A stretch of 64,000 nt of DNA from Azolla caroliniana (GCA_043228905.1 JBHGNT010000018.1:2356001-2420000); one strand, 5' to 3'; shown: positions 23,722-38,118, numbered from the stretch's first letter. Made by a program: numbers and translations. Notes: generated by a model not told the origin, from the sequence alone.

Positions 23722-26700
23722 TGTTAGGAAACATGTCCCTCCGGATGGGAAGTGAGGAGAACAGTACTGATGAGCAAACTCGGTCGAGGCCGAAACCGGA
23801 TGTGGTGTACCCGGCAAGCGCCGGATGAGGAGTACCCGGCAAGAGACGGATGGTGAGGGCCCGATGAGAAGTGCTCACCGGATGAAGGGACATCTTTGTA
23901 AATATGTTTTCTGAGAGTCCATCGGGGCTATATTTGTAAATAGCCGAAAAGTCATATTAGTATAAATATGACTTAGGGCAAACAGAGTTGTTATCATTCT
24001 TGTTGGCGCAAGAAGAAAGCGTGCAACTGTGTACAGAGAGAGAGAGAGAGAGGAAGAGGTCGTTGCCTTTGATTGTAACCGCCGCCTGTGATGAAGATAG
24101 CAAGCTCGAGGTCATGGCCTCGGTGTTTTCTTATTGTACATTCTGACATAGTGATAGTTTGCGATCTGTGGGCTGCCGTGGTTTTTCCCGAGTTTGGGTT
24201 TTCCACGTAAACATCCTGCGTACTCTTCTCCCTATCGTGTTGTGCTTTCATTCCCTGTTTTTTTTTCTGTGTTTTAATCTAGGTTCGGTTGTGGCCAAGC
24301 GTTGTTCATCGGGAGCGTGTAGTTCCTATCAAAGTGGTATCAGAGTGAAACGACACAGAAAATGGACGATTCGTTGGGAGACATGTTCAAGCTCACCGGC
24401 TCCAACTATTTGGTGTGGAAGTCGAAGATGAGGGACATGCTCGTGGTTAAAGATCTTTGGTTGCCGGTTCAGTTTGGGGACAAGAGACCGGACAAAATCA
24501 ACACCACAATATGGGAGGTGATGCACATGAAGACAACGGCTTACATACGGTGCTTCATCGACATGAGCCTATACAACAACTTCAATGAAGAGAGCAAGGC
24601 TCATGAGCTCTGGGAGAAGATCGGCATTATGTTTCAAAACAAAAATGTTGTTAACCAGGTTTCGGTATTCCTGAAGCTAGTAAGACTCCGGTACCAAGAT
24701 GGCTCTAGCATGGCGGAGCACATGAATGCCTTCCAGGGGTTGATACACCATGCAACATCATTGGAAGTACCTCTCGCTGATGAGGTACTAGCGCTACTCC
24801 TGCTCGGTTCCCTCCCGGATAGCTGGGAGACATTGGTTGTCACTTTGGGCAACGTTGGGCCAGAAGGGAAACGGTTATCCCTAGCAAGAGTGAAGTCGAG
24901 CTTGCTAGATGAGGAGGCGCGTCAGAAAGATAAGGATACGAGCTCCGACTCCAAAGCGCTCCTTACCGAATCGGAACGCGGAAGACAAAGGAACCATAGT
25001 CCCCAGAACCGGGAGAAGTTGGGGACACTGTCAAAGTCAAGGGGGAGGCCTACTTGCTTCTATTGCAGCAAGTCAGGACACTTCCAGAAGAACTGTCGGC
25101 ATTTCCGAAAAGACAAGGAAACCGACGATACCGAACTGGAACGGTAAAGACCGGAGGGGAACGGACCGGAAGGGAACGACGGCAATCGCGGCAAGTGAAG
25201 AAGAGTTGATGCTCATCACCGAGGAGAGTGAGCTAAACCTTGTCGGCGACAAGATGACCTAGGTGGTCGACTCTAGAGCGTCGTTCCACCTTACCCCGGA
25301 CCGGAAATACTTCTCATCCTACTTGGCCGGTGATCACGGCTGTGTCCGGATGGGGAATGAAGGTACATGCCGAATTGTCGGCATAGGAGACGTGTGGCTG
25401 ACAACACCAACCGGATGCAAGATGCTGCTGAAGGATGTCTGACACATTCCGGAGGTTCGTCTGAACCTGATATCAGCCGGTCGGCTAGATGATGAAGGCT
25501 ACACGGGTAGCATCCGGAACGGTGTTATGAAGTTCAGCAAAGGGAGCATGATTGTGGCTCGGGCCCGAAAGGTAAACACGTTGTACCTGATGAATGCCCG
25601 GTTATGTCCGGAGGAAGTGAACATGGCATCCGACACTACCGGTGAGCTGTGGCACAAAAGGTTGTGTCACATGAGCGAGAAGGGGATGAGGAGGCTTGCA
25701 TTAGACAACCTCATTCTAGTGAAGAACGTGCACTTGGAGAAGTGCACTGATTGTCTGGCTGGTAAGCAAAACCGAACCTCCTTCCGACCAAGGCCACCGA
25801 TGAGACGTAATGCACCACTAGAGTTGGTGCATACTGATGTGTGTCAAGTGGACACGAAGTCACATGCAGGATCGCACTACTTTGTGACGTTCATAGATGA
25901 CCACAGCCGGAAGCTGTGGGCCATACCGTTAAAGACGAAGGATCAGGTGTTATCCGTCTTCAAAGAGCTCCACACGAGAGTGGAAAGAGAAACCGGCCGA
26001 AAGCTGAAGGCGGTTCAAATAGATAACGGAGGTGAATACTGGGGGCAGTTCGAGGAGTACTGTCGCTCGAAGGGAATCCGGCTCGAATTTACCGTGCTAA
26101 AGACGCCGAAACTAAACAGGATGGCCGAGAGGATGAACCGGACCATAATGGAGAGGGTCCGGAGTATGTTGGCGCATGCAAAACTACCCAAGAAGTTTTG
26201 GGCGGAGGCATTGTCAACAGCGACATATGTGATAAACAAATCACCCTTAGTACCCTTGGACGGCGACACGCCGCAGAGAGTATGGACCGGTAAGGAAGTG
26301 TCCTACCGGCATCTAAAGGTGTTCGGGTGTCTCACGTACGTGCATGTAGCTAAGGACCGGAGAGGAAAGTTAGATCCAAAGACCCGGCCATGCATATTCC
26401 TCGGTTACGACGACGATGGTCGACAAGAAGGTATTCCGGAGTCGAGATATTATCTTCATGGAGGACAAGACGCTCGCCGACTGGGAGTCGAAGAAGAAGA
26501 TAATGAACTCTGAGTCGACCGGGAAGGATCGATTCTACGATGAGCAAACCCAACCGGCAAGAGACCGGTTAGCACTCGAGGAACCAGCCGGTTACGGTGA
26601 GGATACCGAACCGGCAGAAGAAGAAGTAGAGGAAGCTGAAACCGCAACCGGCCAAGACCCCGAATCGGATTCGGATGAAGAGCAAATGGAGGAGCCGGTT

Positions 26701-28984
26701 ACCGAAGCCCAAAGACGGAGATATCCTCTCAGAGAGAGAAGGCCCCCCCAGAGATTTCCGGATGCAGAGCATGTGCTGCTAACTGATGAGGGGGAGCTAG
26801 AAAGCTTCGAAGAAGCGAAGGATGACACCCACAGCTAAAAATGGTTAAGTGCCATGCAAGATGAGATGGATTCCCTGCATGAGAACCATACGTATGAATT
26901 GGTGGAGTTGCCGAAAGGAAAGCGAGCACTCCAAAACAAGTGGGTGTACAAGTTGAAACCGGGAGATGTCGGCAACCCCCCGAGATACAAAGCCAGGATT
27001 GTGGTGAAGGGGTTCTAGCAGAAGAAGGGCGTGGACTTCGATGAGATATTTGCCCCGGTAGTAAAGATGACCTCCATCCGGACGGTGCTGAGTATAGCGG
27101 CAAGCATGGACCTCGAGGTAGAGCAGTTGGACGTGAAGACGGCATTCCTTCACGGTGACCTCGAAGAGGAGATCTACATGCAACAACCAGAAGGATTCGT
27201 GGAGAAAGGGAAGGAGCACCTGGTCTGCCGGTTGAAGAAGAGCCTGTACAGACTGAAGCAGGCTCCTCGACAATAGTACCGGAAGTTCGACTCCTTCATG
27301 ACCGATCAAGGGTACCACAAGACACAAGCCGATCACTGCGTGTTTGTGAAGAAGTTCGAAGGAGGCGACTTCCTGATACTCCTTCTGTACGTGGACGACA
27401 TGTTGATTGTTGGACGGAACCAAGCCAGGATACGGATGCTGAAGAAGGCTCTCAACCGAACCTTCGCGATGAAAGACTTGGGTCCGGCAAGACAGATGTT
27501 GGGGATGCATATCATCCGGAACCGGCCAACAAAGCAACTGTGGCTGTCACAGGAGAAATACGTGACAAAGGTGCTTCAGCGGTTCAACATGTTAGAAGCG
27601 AAACCGGTCGGATCGACACTCCCGGCAAACTGCAGATTATCCGGTAAGCAAAGCCCGAAGATGAAAGCAGAGAAGGCCGATATGATGAAGGTTCCATATG
27701 CTTCTGCCGTCGGGAGCTTGATGTACGCAATGGTGTGTACCCGACCAGATATAGGATTCACAGTCGGAGTGGTGAGCCGGTTTATGAGCAATCCCAGCAA
27801 GGAGCACTAGAACGCGGTCAAATGGATACTCCGGTACTTGAAGGGCACTTCAAATATGTGTCTCCGATTCGGCTCCAGAAAACCTCAACTTGACGGTTTT
27901 ACTGATTCGGACATGTCGGCTGATGTGGATACCAGCCAGTCTACATCCGGGTATGTAATGCCATATGCAGGGGGAGCTGTTTTGTGGCAGTCGAGGTTGC
28001 AAAAGACAGTTGCGTTGTCAACCACGGAGGCAGAGTACATGGTGGCTGTGGAAGCCGGAAAGGAAATATTATGGATGAAGGACTTCATTGGAGAGCTCGG
28101 TATCCGACAAGATGAATACCGGCTCTATTGCGACAGTCAAAGTGCCATCCACCTTGTTAAGAATGCGGCCTACCATTCCCGGACAAAGCATATCCAGTGA
28201 AGGTATCACTGGATCAAGGAAAGAGTAGATGACCAGGAGTTCGCGTTGATGAAGATCCACATAGCCGAGAACGGGTCAGATATGCTGACCAAAGTACTGA
28301 TACCCGACAAGCTGGAAGCATGCCGGAAGCGGATCGGACTAGTAAGGCATCCCATGCCGGAGTGAAGGGGGAGTTTGTTAGGAAACATGTCCCTCCTGAT
28401 GGGAAGTGAGGAGAACAGTACTGATGAGCAAACTTGGCCGAGGCCGAAACCGGATGTGGTGTACCCGACAAGCACCGGATGAGGAGTACCCGGCAAGAGC
28501 CAGATGGTGAAGGCCCAGTGAGAAGTGCTCACCGGATGAAGGGACATATTTGTAAATATGTTTTCTGAGAGTCCATCGGGGCTATATTTGTAAATAGCCG
28601 AAAAGTCATATTAGTATAAATATGACTTAGGGCAAACAGAGTTGTTATCATTCTTGTTGGCGCAAGATTAGAGCGTGCAACTATGTACAGAGAGAGTGAG
28701 AGAGAGGAAGAGGTCGTTGCCTCTTATTGTAACCGCCGCCTGTGGCGAAGATAGCAAGCTCGAGGTCGTGGCCTCGGTGCTTTCTTATTGTACATTCTAA
28801 CATAGTGATAGTTTGCGGTCTATGGGCTGTCGTGGTTTTTCCCGAGTTTGTGTTTTCCACGTAAACATCCTGTGTACTCTTCTCTCTATCGTGTTGTGCT
28901 TTCATTCCCTGTTTTTTTTCTGTGTTTTATTCTAGGCTCGGTTGTGGCCGAGCGTTGTTCATCGGGAGTGTGTAGTTCCTGTCA
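23722..28984 (+). mobile_element. Full-length decayed Ty1/Copia element D (Tork/Tnt1-like)
   Basis: LTRs 23722-24331 and 28376-28984; PBS TGGTATCAGAG (tRNA-iMet) at 24335; PPT GAAGGGGGAG 28364-28373; degenerate TSD CTCAT/CTCGC. Confidence 0.95.
24362..28365 (+). pseudogene. Copia gag-pol of element D
   Basis: CFYCSKSGHFQKNC knuckle; WHKRLCH..CTDC; DNGGEY integrase; LYVDD RT; TDSD / RTKHI RNase H. Many TGG>TAG-type stops. Confidence 0.93.
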
Positions 28985-28996
28985 CTCGCATCGTCA

Positions 28997-30290
28997 ACTC
29001 CGAAGCAAATCGACAATAGCACATGACATTATTAGAGTAGAGTTCAGTTTGCCTCCGATGTTAGTAGAAGCACTTTTCCAAGTGGTAGTTTTTATTCATA
29101 GGATACATAGCCAACCATAAGATAGGATCTCCCGTCGAGCCTTTGAGGCATCCCGATCCCTATATACGTCTGGAGACATTATCTCTTGGTATAGCATTGT
29201 AGTGAGTTGGTTACTTGCAAATGGCATAGACATTAATAACCTACCTCCCCTTAAGTACAACCATGGGATTGATCAAACTTTAATATCTCATGAAGACTAT
29301 AATAAAGTAATACGCCAAGAAATAAGGCAAATTTACACCCGATATACATGGATCACCCCACGAGAGCCACTCCCATCTAAAATGTTGTACTATAAGGAAC
29401 AATTCTTGCACTTCTCTATGTTAGGTTTTATTACATGACCAAGATATCTAGATACATTCTTATCAAATGCACTAAGGGTGGCTATTGGACAACTTAGGAT
29501 ATCATCTCTCCAACTTGAGATTGAGAATGGTCGGGCTAATAGAGTCCCTAGAGAGGAAAGGCTATATAGATTATGTCACATAGAGATAGAGGATGAGTAT
29601 CACTTTACATGCAAGTGTCCAACCTATGCTGAGATAAGGGTGGAATACCAAGACATATTAGGACCCTCTCCCACCCTCTCCAAACTATTAGATGCCCCGG
29701 ATATAAAGAGACTAGGTAGGTATATCTTAGAGCTAAAACAACATAGGGAGAATAAGCTACAAAGTGTTAACCATAACCCTTTTAATATTCATCAACATGT
29801 AAGTAGTGTAATTTTTCAGGAACAAGGGGAGACGATGAATGTGGGTACACTTACGCCACTCGGCCTCTCTCTTGAGGAAGCAAAAATGCAAAGAACAACC
29901 AAACGCCCTCAGATGTTGGGCTTCAAAACAAATCAACGTGGAGTAGAAACAATTAAGAAGATAAGGGAACGTGAGTTACACCAACTAGAAGCTATGGTTG
30001 GGGTACCTTCTACATTGGGACCACGGGGGGCCACATCCACATTGAAACCCTTTGACCTCTCGCTTCTTTTTGAGAGACTTGGATGGAAATGAAACTAGGC
30101 CTAGTATAAAGCCATTTCATTGTAAAACATGTTTGTTATTTTACTAGAACTATTTAGCTTAAGCTCTATTTTTATTTATTTTATTTTCACTTTCGATGAA
30201 TGGGTAAATATCCCATTTTGTTGTAAACCAATTGTCTCATGGGCCAATTTTGGCCTTAAAAGATGTTAATATATCTTTATTTCTTTCTTT
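28997..30290 (+). mobile_element. 5'-truncated non-LTR retrotransposon (RTE-X-like C-terminus)
   Basis: QLRISSLQLEIENGR...R..RL..LC..EIEDEYHFTCKCPTY motif in ORF 29478-30092; 3' end in a (TTTC)-like tail near 30280. Confidence 0.7.
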
Positions 30291-31459
30291 CATATAAGAT
30301 CTTGTTCGCCAACATTATTTGGAGGATGGCTTACCAAATACATTTCAGTTTCTCGCAATCACCAAGAAATTGAAACACTTGACAAACAATTTAACAATCA
30401 TTAACAATCATTAATCATCATCAAATGCCACAATGAAGAATAAGAAGACTCGTTGAACTTGTGTCTCAAGACAATGATTGGGTCCTAGATTTGTTTGAAA
30501 ATATAGTTTCTTATTACTTGTTTTAGATAAGACACGTGTTGAAACTTTAATGTTTTTAAAAAAACACGTTGTTTAAGTTCTAGGGAATCTTTAAAAGGAA
30601 ATAAAGAACGTTACTTGATTGTAATGAAATTATGTCGCAGAAAAGTACCAGCATGACTAATTGCCCAACACTGTGAACCCCTCAAATGAATTGAATATGC
30701 TCACCCTTCATTGCAAAATATTGAAGTAGTTCACACTTGCTTGAGGAATCGAAAGCCTAGATTTTAGATTCCTACAGATCTTGAAAATATCCAATACTCC
30801 GGGACATAGAGAATAACGAATTGTATCAATTCAGCCTTCAATAATTAGCAGAAACTAGAGTCCATCACTTGGGGACCAAGTTGAGTTACTTTCAACTTAG
30901 GTTGATAACTTAACGAAAGGAAAAAGAGAGTGAATCCTTAGCATACTTTACGATATTGCTCGACCACGTCTCTCACATTCAAACAAAACCAATCAATGTT
31001 GCAACAAAAAACAACGAGGTCATCATCAGTGACAAGTTGTTTGCTACAAAATATTCTATAGCAGGAAATGGATTTTACAAGTACAACAATAATGCTTGTC
31101 TGGGCTTGCTTCATCAGGCCTAACTAAATAGAAGTAGTTCACAACATAAAGAAAGGGCCTTGATCCTTTCTTATCCATTTGAAATCACTAGATAATACAA
31201 AATAATAATAATACCTCACATGAAGGTAACATCAAAACTATTTTTATTCATTTAATGTAGTCTAAAAGAGTAATCTATCTCACCATGACAAAAAAGATAG
31301 TGACATTGATTCTTAGATAGATAGTTGTTCCTTCTTCATCTCAATTTGATAATGAGTTGCATGCTTTGAAAAATAGCAATGCAAACAAATTTTCACTAAA
31401 ATTGTAATTCTTTTCTTTGTTTTCCCCTTTAGAATAAGCTCAGGAGTCAAGACATACAG

Positions 31460-31790
31460 AGATAATGTTGCTTTTTCTTATAAAAAAAAGTTGGTTCTTA
31501 TTTAAATGTAGTTTGTTGTATTACATATGCAATGGCACTATAGTTACTACAGAAAAAGTGATGATGTTGTCTATATTTTCACTGACGTAGCGAATCCATT
31601 TTCTAGTGATGGCGACCATATTTTCAGCAATGTAGTGAATCCATTTTTTACTAATGTCGACCTATGAAAAAGTTAGTTCTTATTTGGATCAAGTTTGTTA
31701 TAATGCAAATGCAATGACACTATAGTTAATATAGAAAAATTAATGATGTTATATTTTCGCCAATGTAGAGAATCCATTTTCTAGTGATGT
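31460..31790 (+). repeat. Degenerate direct repeat of about 180 bp with TATTTTC..GAATCCATTTT subrepeats
   Basis: AAAAAGTT(G/A)GTTCTTATTT...GCAATG(G/A)CACTATAGTTA present twice. Confidence 0.6.
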
Positions 31791-32252
31791 AGATTATAAG
31801 ATCCTTTGTAAGCTAAAGCAACATCATACAAAGCCATAAATGGGCGTTCCATATAGAGAATCAATTATATCAAAACACCTAATTATAAAAATATTGAAAG
31901 TAGAATACACTTTTATCACAAAATAATGTTATTGTGTTGATAACCCCTAAAACTCGTAATGAAGTTGTATATAACACTCTTTGATTGTACATTTTGTAGC
32001 CTTCTGGCACTTTTCTTAATACTGATGAAGGAAATCTTTTGGAAAAAAAAAAAACTCGTAATGAAGTTGTCATCTCCTCCTAAAAAGCAAAATCAGTATG
32101 GAACCTAGGGGCAAAAGCAAATAGTGAAAAAGTGGAATGAAGGAAAGTATGAAAAAAAATGGGCGTGTGCAAGTGGATACTTAAGAGGGGTAACTATGTT
32201 GTATATATATATATATAACTTACAAGTGGGTTTTTGGCTATCTTAAGTCCCT

Positions 32253-32257
<5 letters not shown>

Positions 32258-32305
<48 letters not shown>
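32258..32305. repeat. (GA)n microsatellite
   Basis: Perfect GA run directly before an ATG. Confidence 0.95.
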
Positions 32306-32307
<2 letters not shown>

Positions 32308-32445
32308 TCTTCTTCTTCTCCTAATAATGGTGGCTTGCGTGACCAAGTGAATAACCCGCCTCCTCCTCGACCCTCCTCAACCAAGCGAGGAAACATCAAG
32401 ACTACTATAATCAAAGACATTGTTTCTTCATGTTCTCGTGGCTAA
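32305..32445 (+). CDS. Candidate 46-aa small protein with a KRGxIK..I motif
   Basis: MSSSSPNNGGLRDQVNNPPPPRPSSTKRGNIKTTIIKDIVSSCSRG*; GC-richer island in AT-rich DNA; TATA-like run 32202-32218 and a (GA)n leader upstream. Confidence 0.5.
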
Positions 32446-35149
32446 TTACTAGCCATGACTAATCCCCCCTTTATCACCTTAACCACTCCCTTAATTTTCA
32501 TGTCACATATACCAAGTCAAGATGTAGATATACACATAGTGTTGGATAGTACATGTAAAATACATACAATTATGCATACTCCCAACATCCACTACAATCT
32601 AGGTCCGTCCATTTCAAGTTCATTCTACTTTTCGTCTTGGATTCTACCCTTTCACTCAGTTAGTGATGCTAAGTGTTGCTTCAATGCAATTGGAAATGAA
32701 ATTATCTTAGTGTAATATGTATCCATAATGATAATATCAATGCTCATAAGTATAACTTTCTCTAATCCTTTCATTGTTGATCCAATCATCACACCTAGAT
32801 TGTGAATAATATTGTTTATTTCTAACGTTTCATTTTTTCTATATTAAGATGGAATTCTAAAAATGGTTTTGATATCCCTTGCATATTTTAATGCCATTAT
32901 ATTGTTCTTAAGCATCAATTACTAGAAGTTTGATACATCTAAAATATTTGGGCGCCTTTATATTGTTGCTAAGCATCCATTATTGGAAGTTTGATTGAGA
33001 TTTTTAAAAGATCATGAAATTGAGAGAATATTTGAGCATTGAGGCATTTATGAATATCATGTTAGTTCTAAGATATTGTTAGTGTATTGATATATAATCT
33101 AGACATATTGTTAATGACACAACCACTTTGAAACAAAGGATTTGAGCTTAATCCTAAACACCACCATTGTCCCATACCACCAATATTGCCTAAGGTAGTG
33201 CCTTGGATGTAATCACCACATCACTATTGTAGCAAGAGACATGCCACACCACTAGTATCTCACAAAGTTCCAACTAAGAAGTTTGTTCTGTGTTCAGGTT
33301 ACCATATGTTGTAATATATCATAACCTTATGTGGGTTGCCTCAAATCCTAAACTACCCTTAAAACCATTAGAAAACAATCCTTAGATAATGTAACAAGGT
33401 TCCAATCAAAACACATACATAGATTATCGAGACACGTGCTCTTTAGTATTGAGTGACAAAGTTATTCCATGTGCAGTCCTAGTTTTGATTCAAATTAACT
33501 TTCATTAGTTGAAAACCATATGTTACATTTCCCCTCTTCAAGATATTCACACACAATGGTTAAGCATTTTATGTAAACACCCAATTCAACCATTGCAATC
33601 ACATGGTCTCACGAGACATTCCTTAATTATGTCATGATTTTCATTTTCTTGAAGGATGCCATGATGCCAAGGACACATGAAAGAATTAAAAAGAAAATAT
33701 TAAGATCACAAGTATAAGAGAAGAATAGGGCTTTACTTATCAATGTGATATTCAAAAACATAATAAAAAAATATCCAGATTATGCACAATCTCTGTCCAA
33801 ATCCCAAAATTTATCTAGGCAAGTCTTTCAGTCACATTTTGAAATACCTTCAAACATTGAGCATTCCAAATATACCAAATTGTGATACTACTTACCAATT
33901 GCCATATTTCAGGTTTATCAATCTCTATTTGTGGATTCAAAGGTATTAATGTTTTTTGCATCAAACCATGTCTCATAGCAATAGCAAACCATCTTCAAAG
34001 GTAATACACAACAAGCAGGGCTCAAACGATTGGAGTTTCATGCCACCTGGGACAGAGGTATATTTTATAGATGGATTTCTTATAAGGTGGAGTGGTTCTA
34101 CTTTACATTGAAGTATTTATTTAAGCTAACAGTTTCATACCACATGGGACACATGCATATTTTATAGACGAATATGGAATACCAATATGTGTGGTTATTG
34201 TATATACACATCAAATCGGCCATGATGTGAGTACAAGGGAATCAATTGGTATATTCATTTATCCAACACAACTTTTGTATTTTTTATGATTTTATAATAC
34301 CAAGGCGTAACTAATTAGATGTGTGGATGAACAAGAATGCTTCACAGAATCAATTATAATGGTGCAATGAGAAACCAAGTTGAGCTCATTGTACATGGTT
34401 GTGGTGCCATGATCATATTGTTCCATGATCATCTTTATTGAGAGTATTTTTCATTAATCATTGTGTTATGGCTTACATCGCAAACCAATTTTGCACAGAA
34501 TTGAATAAGACATAACTTTGACTATGATATGCAACACCACAAATAAATACCATGTAAGAATATGATTAAATGTGTGGATGTACACCAATGATTTCAATTA
34601 ATCAAATATAATGATCCAAAGGAAACCTATGGTCGCAATGGTGCCAAGGTCATATTATTTCATATCAACACACGTGATCATCTTTATGGGGAACACTTTT
34701 CATTAACTTTTGCGTCGTTGTGTATATTACAAACAAATTTCATATGGAAACTAATAAATAAGACATACTTGACAAAAAATAAACGTCCAAGAAACAAACT
34801 TTTGTATAAGTCTTTTGAATACATAGTTCACCCTCATAATACATTTGATGTTTTCATGGAGAGAATAAAAGGAAATTTGCATCTCTTAATAATAAAAAGG
34901 ACATCATAGAAAGGAAGATGTAGAGTGGCTTTTTATTAGGCGTTGTTAATACGCCCCGTGTGTCCCTCAAAATGGATCCCCCCTCATGGGATAATCTAAA
35001 GTTTTCTTGTAATGTGGTATACTTTTTAGTGGATAGCTTAGAGATATTTTTAAGTAGACAACTTTGTGTGCCACCAATAATGTTTACGCCATATTGGACA
35101 TTGAAGCACGTGTATCACTTTTTCAATGTATTGTAGAGAGGAATATTGT

Positions 35150-35520
35150 TGCTTTTCACATGGAAAAATAAGCCTTATAATCGTCTTATCCACGAGATTC
35201 ATCTAAGACATTTTTGTCATGCCGATGTATCATGCCTTGGGAAAGGTGTGGAGGCTCACAGTTCAGACATTACGTTACATATATTACGCCAAACTAGAAA
35301 ACCATCTTATTTTCCAAGTAGGGAAACTAGAAAACCATTTTTTCACATGTAAAAATAAGCCTTAAAATCGACTTATCCACGAGATTCGTCTATGAATAAG
35401 ACATTGTTTTCATGCCTATGTATCATGACTTGAGAAAGGTGTGGAGGCTCACAATTCACACATTGCATCACATATATTACACCAAACTAAAAAACCATCT
35501 TATTTTCCAAGTAGGGAAAC
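35150..35520 (+). repeat. Tandem duplication of about 190 bp
   Basis: TTTTCACATG(G/T)AAAAATAAGCCTTA...TTTTCCAAGTAGGGAAACT present twice. Confidence 0.8.
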
Positions 35521-38118
35521 TCAGTCTTCTTCTACGTTGCCACCTCTTGTCTTTGAACCATCGACTAAAATTTTTTAAAGTTATACTATTCAAGGTGATA
35601 AAATTACAAGAATTGCTTCTATTTCATCCTTCCATCCATTGAATGGTGTTCTCTATTCATGCTACATCACATTGATCTCTACAAACGATGCTTATGGTTA
35701 TTTCCACATTACAAACTTTCCATTTAAGAGTTTTTTATTATTTTCTTGTTTTTTTTCTTATTATTCATTTGCCTTTGTTAGAATTATCCACTTTCATTAT
35801 TGTTCCTTAATCTTGGAGCTTCAAGATTCCCTTATATTTCCAAGTGAATCATGGTTTTGGGTACATTGACACCCATTGTATGAGATAGAGTTGATAGACA
35901 ATGATACTATTCTTACATCACCATCAAATGTTGACTAAAAATGCAATGCATGAGAGAAACCACATATAAATAATGAATGCTCAAAGGTGGAATTATCTTG
36001 ATCATCTACTACCCCTAGAGCCAATTTGGGCATCCCCTAAACCTAGGACCTTATAAAACATGTTGGTTTCCCTCAACTCCAATAATTTACAAGGCATTTT
36101 GTAGCTATGCAAAAACCTAAGGCATCAAAGGGTGTTTCCATTCTCCTTTGCTTGTTTCCAAGAGACCCATTGTCATCACCACTTTGGTCCACGATACAAC
36201 ACTCTTAATAGGATTCCCAAAGTGTTCTACTTCTAAATGGAACTTATAAGAATATCTTGCCAATCTAAGGTTTTGATCTTGGACGTGACAAAAGAACAAA
36301 AATGAATGATTCACATAAAATTTAACAATCGATTAGACATGAATAATTAATTCTTGATTATATTGCATATAGCTTCTAGTTACGATAATAGAGGTGGATT
36401 AACACCATGATAGCCTTGGTTACCCTAGATATCCCACCCGCCTTTTATACATGATTTCAAACGCATGAAAATGTTGTGTGATGCGCATTCTTGCTTTGCA
36501 ATATCATTAGTCTAACCCTTAGAGCAAATACTCTTCATTTGATTTAACCACCTTACACATGATGTGCTAAAAACATCACAATTTCCAATCCCACCACAAC
36601 CCTTACATCCCCCAACATGTATTGATGCATGGAAAAGTGTTTGATGTGCCTTCAATTAGTTTTGTCCATTTTAATGTCCAAATATCCCTTTTTAGACTTC
36701 CTCTTTGTACCACTTTAAATGTCGTTGCTCCCTTTCCCACAATGGATGCTAACAAAGATTGCCCCATCGAAATTGGCCATTGTGTCATTATTCTAGATTA
36801 CTTTCATACAACACCACCTCATCTCCATCTTCATTGTTTTTTAGCATGAGTTGATTGTTCATATCAACATGGATTTTATTTCAAATCTAGGCTTCTTCTT
36901 ACTTTTGAATTGCAATATGTATATCGTCTAGTCAGTTTTTTTGAGTTGTTAAGACTTCATTGTCAAGAGCTCTTCTATTCATTTATTGCTTCCATGGTAG
37001 CACTACCGACGTAGCACTAGATTTCTCAATGGGAATGACCAATTTATATCCATCATAAGATTGACGGGTATGTATCTTCTTGTTGAACTATAGGGTCATC
37101 CAACACTCCCAAAGTCCATAGGTTGCCATAACCACTCCCTCAATTTCCTATCACATGCCTTCAATTACAATTTCACAGTTAGAATAGTGTGGCCTCTTTT
37201 TATCTTTTCATTAGTCTCTTCATTGTTAATAGTATTTAGAGAGAACAAACCTTGAGCCTTGAGAAACCTTGGGTTTCCTCAAAGTAAAAAACTCTTTGTT
37301 TGGCAATAATTTGTCCTATGCACCCATTCTTGCACATTACACGTTCATGTAGAAATCAATACACAACAAAAATGAACTTACTTCTCAAGATCCTTGTACT
37401 TGGTTGGTACAAATTTTCATTACAAGTGCCAAATACCACATTTGGCTTTACCTAATCAACATAGCAACTAGAGCCACCATCCACTTGAAATGAATGGTTG
37501 ATAAATAGGTAATGATATTATTTGCCTCTATGTTTGTCAAGATCATGAGGCAAAGGACGAGAGAGAGAGAGAGAGAGAGCACTAAGTTCGGAGATGTTGG
37601 AGAAGGACAAACACTAATTTTGATGTATCTTCTTGCTACGGTGTCTGTTTCCTTTGTTCTTTAGCTCGTTTTGAAGCCTGTGCATAGAGCTTTCTAAAGT
37701 ATATCTACATGTATCATTTGGTGGTCTTGGTAGAACCTTACGAATAAAAATTCCATTCGATTGCATGCATCTCATGATCGCTTGCTTTGATTCCTTCTCC
37801 AACACAATTACTTGTAAGTGAGCTCTCTCCTATTTCTTGTCATATGGATGGTAGTGTTTTCATGAATATGGATGAGTCTCCAAATTCTTCAAAGGATGCA
37901 TGCATGGTTGAGTCAGTATCAAGCCCAAGAGGGGATGGTAAAAGAAAACGATGTATTGGAGATAATAGTAATGACATGTCTTATGTTGATGCAATCCAAC
38001 AAGGTGATATTGAGAAAGATGATAGTCATTGGGAACATTTAAGATGCATGGCAAATATATTAATGGAAGATTGTATAATGCAAAATGTGAAAGTTGTTGA
38101 CGAGTTTGTTGACGATGA

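Larger units (their letters stand above)
10391..28995 (+). mobile_element. Decayed Athila-like Gypsy element C (host of the hAT element, B and D); 3' part missing
   Basis: LTR end near 10455, Asp-type PBS, gag, PR (IIDTGVGVS), RT (YVDD), RH (HTDAS), integrase 22874-23721. Reading frames rejoin across the nested insertions. Confidence 0.8.

Noticed and set aside
24362-28365. In-frame TAG/TGA stops as programmed readthrough or RNA-editing sites
   Set aside because: They are TGG>TAG/TGA and CAG/CGA>TAG/TGA transitions scattered through all the old TEs, as expected from methyl-C deamination.
35850-37500. Possible decayed transposase or pol on the minus strand
   Set aside because: Composition hints at old coding DNA, but I could not recover any diagnostic motif.
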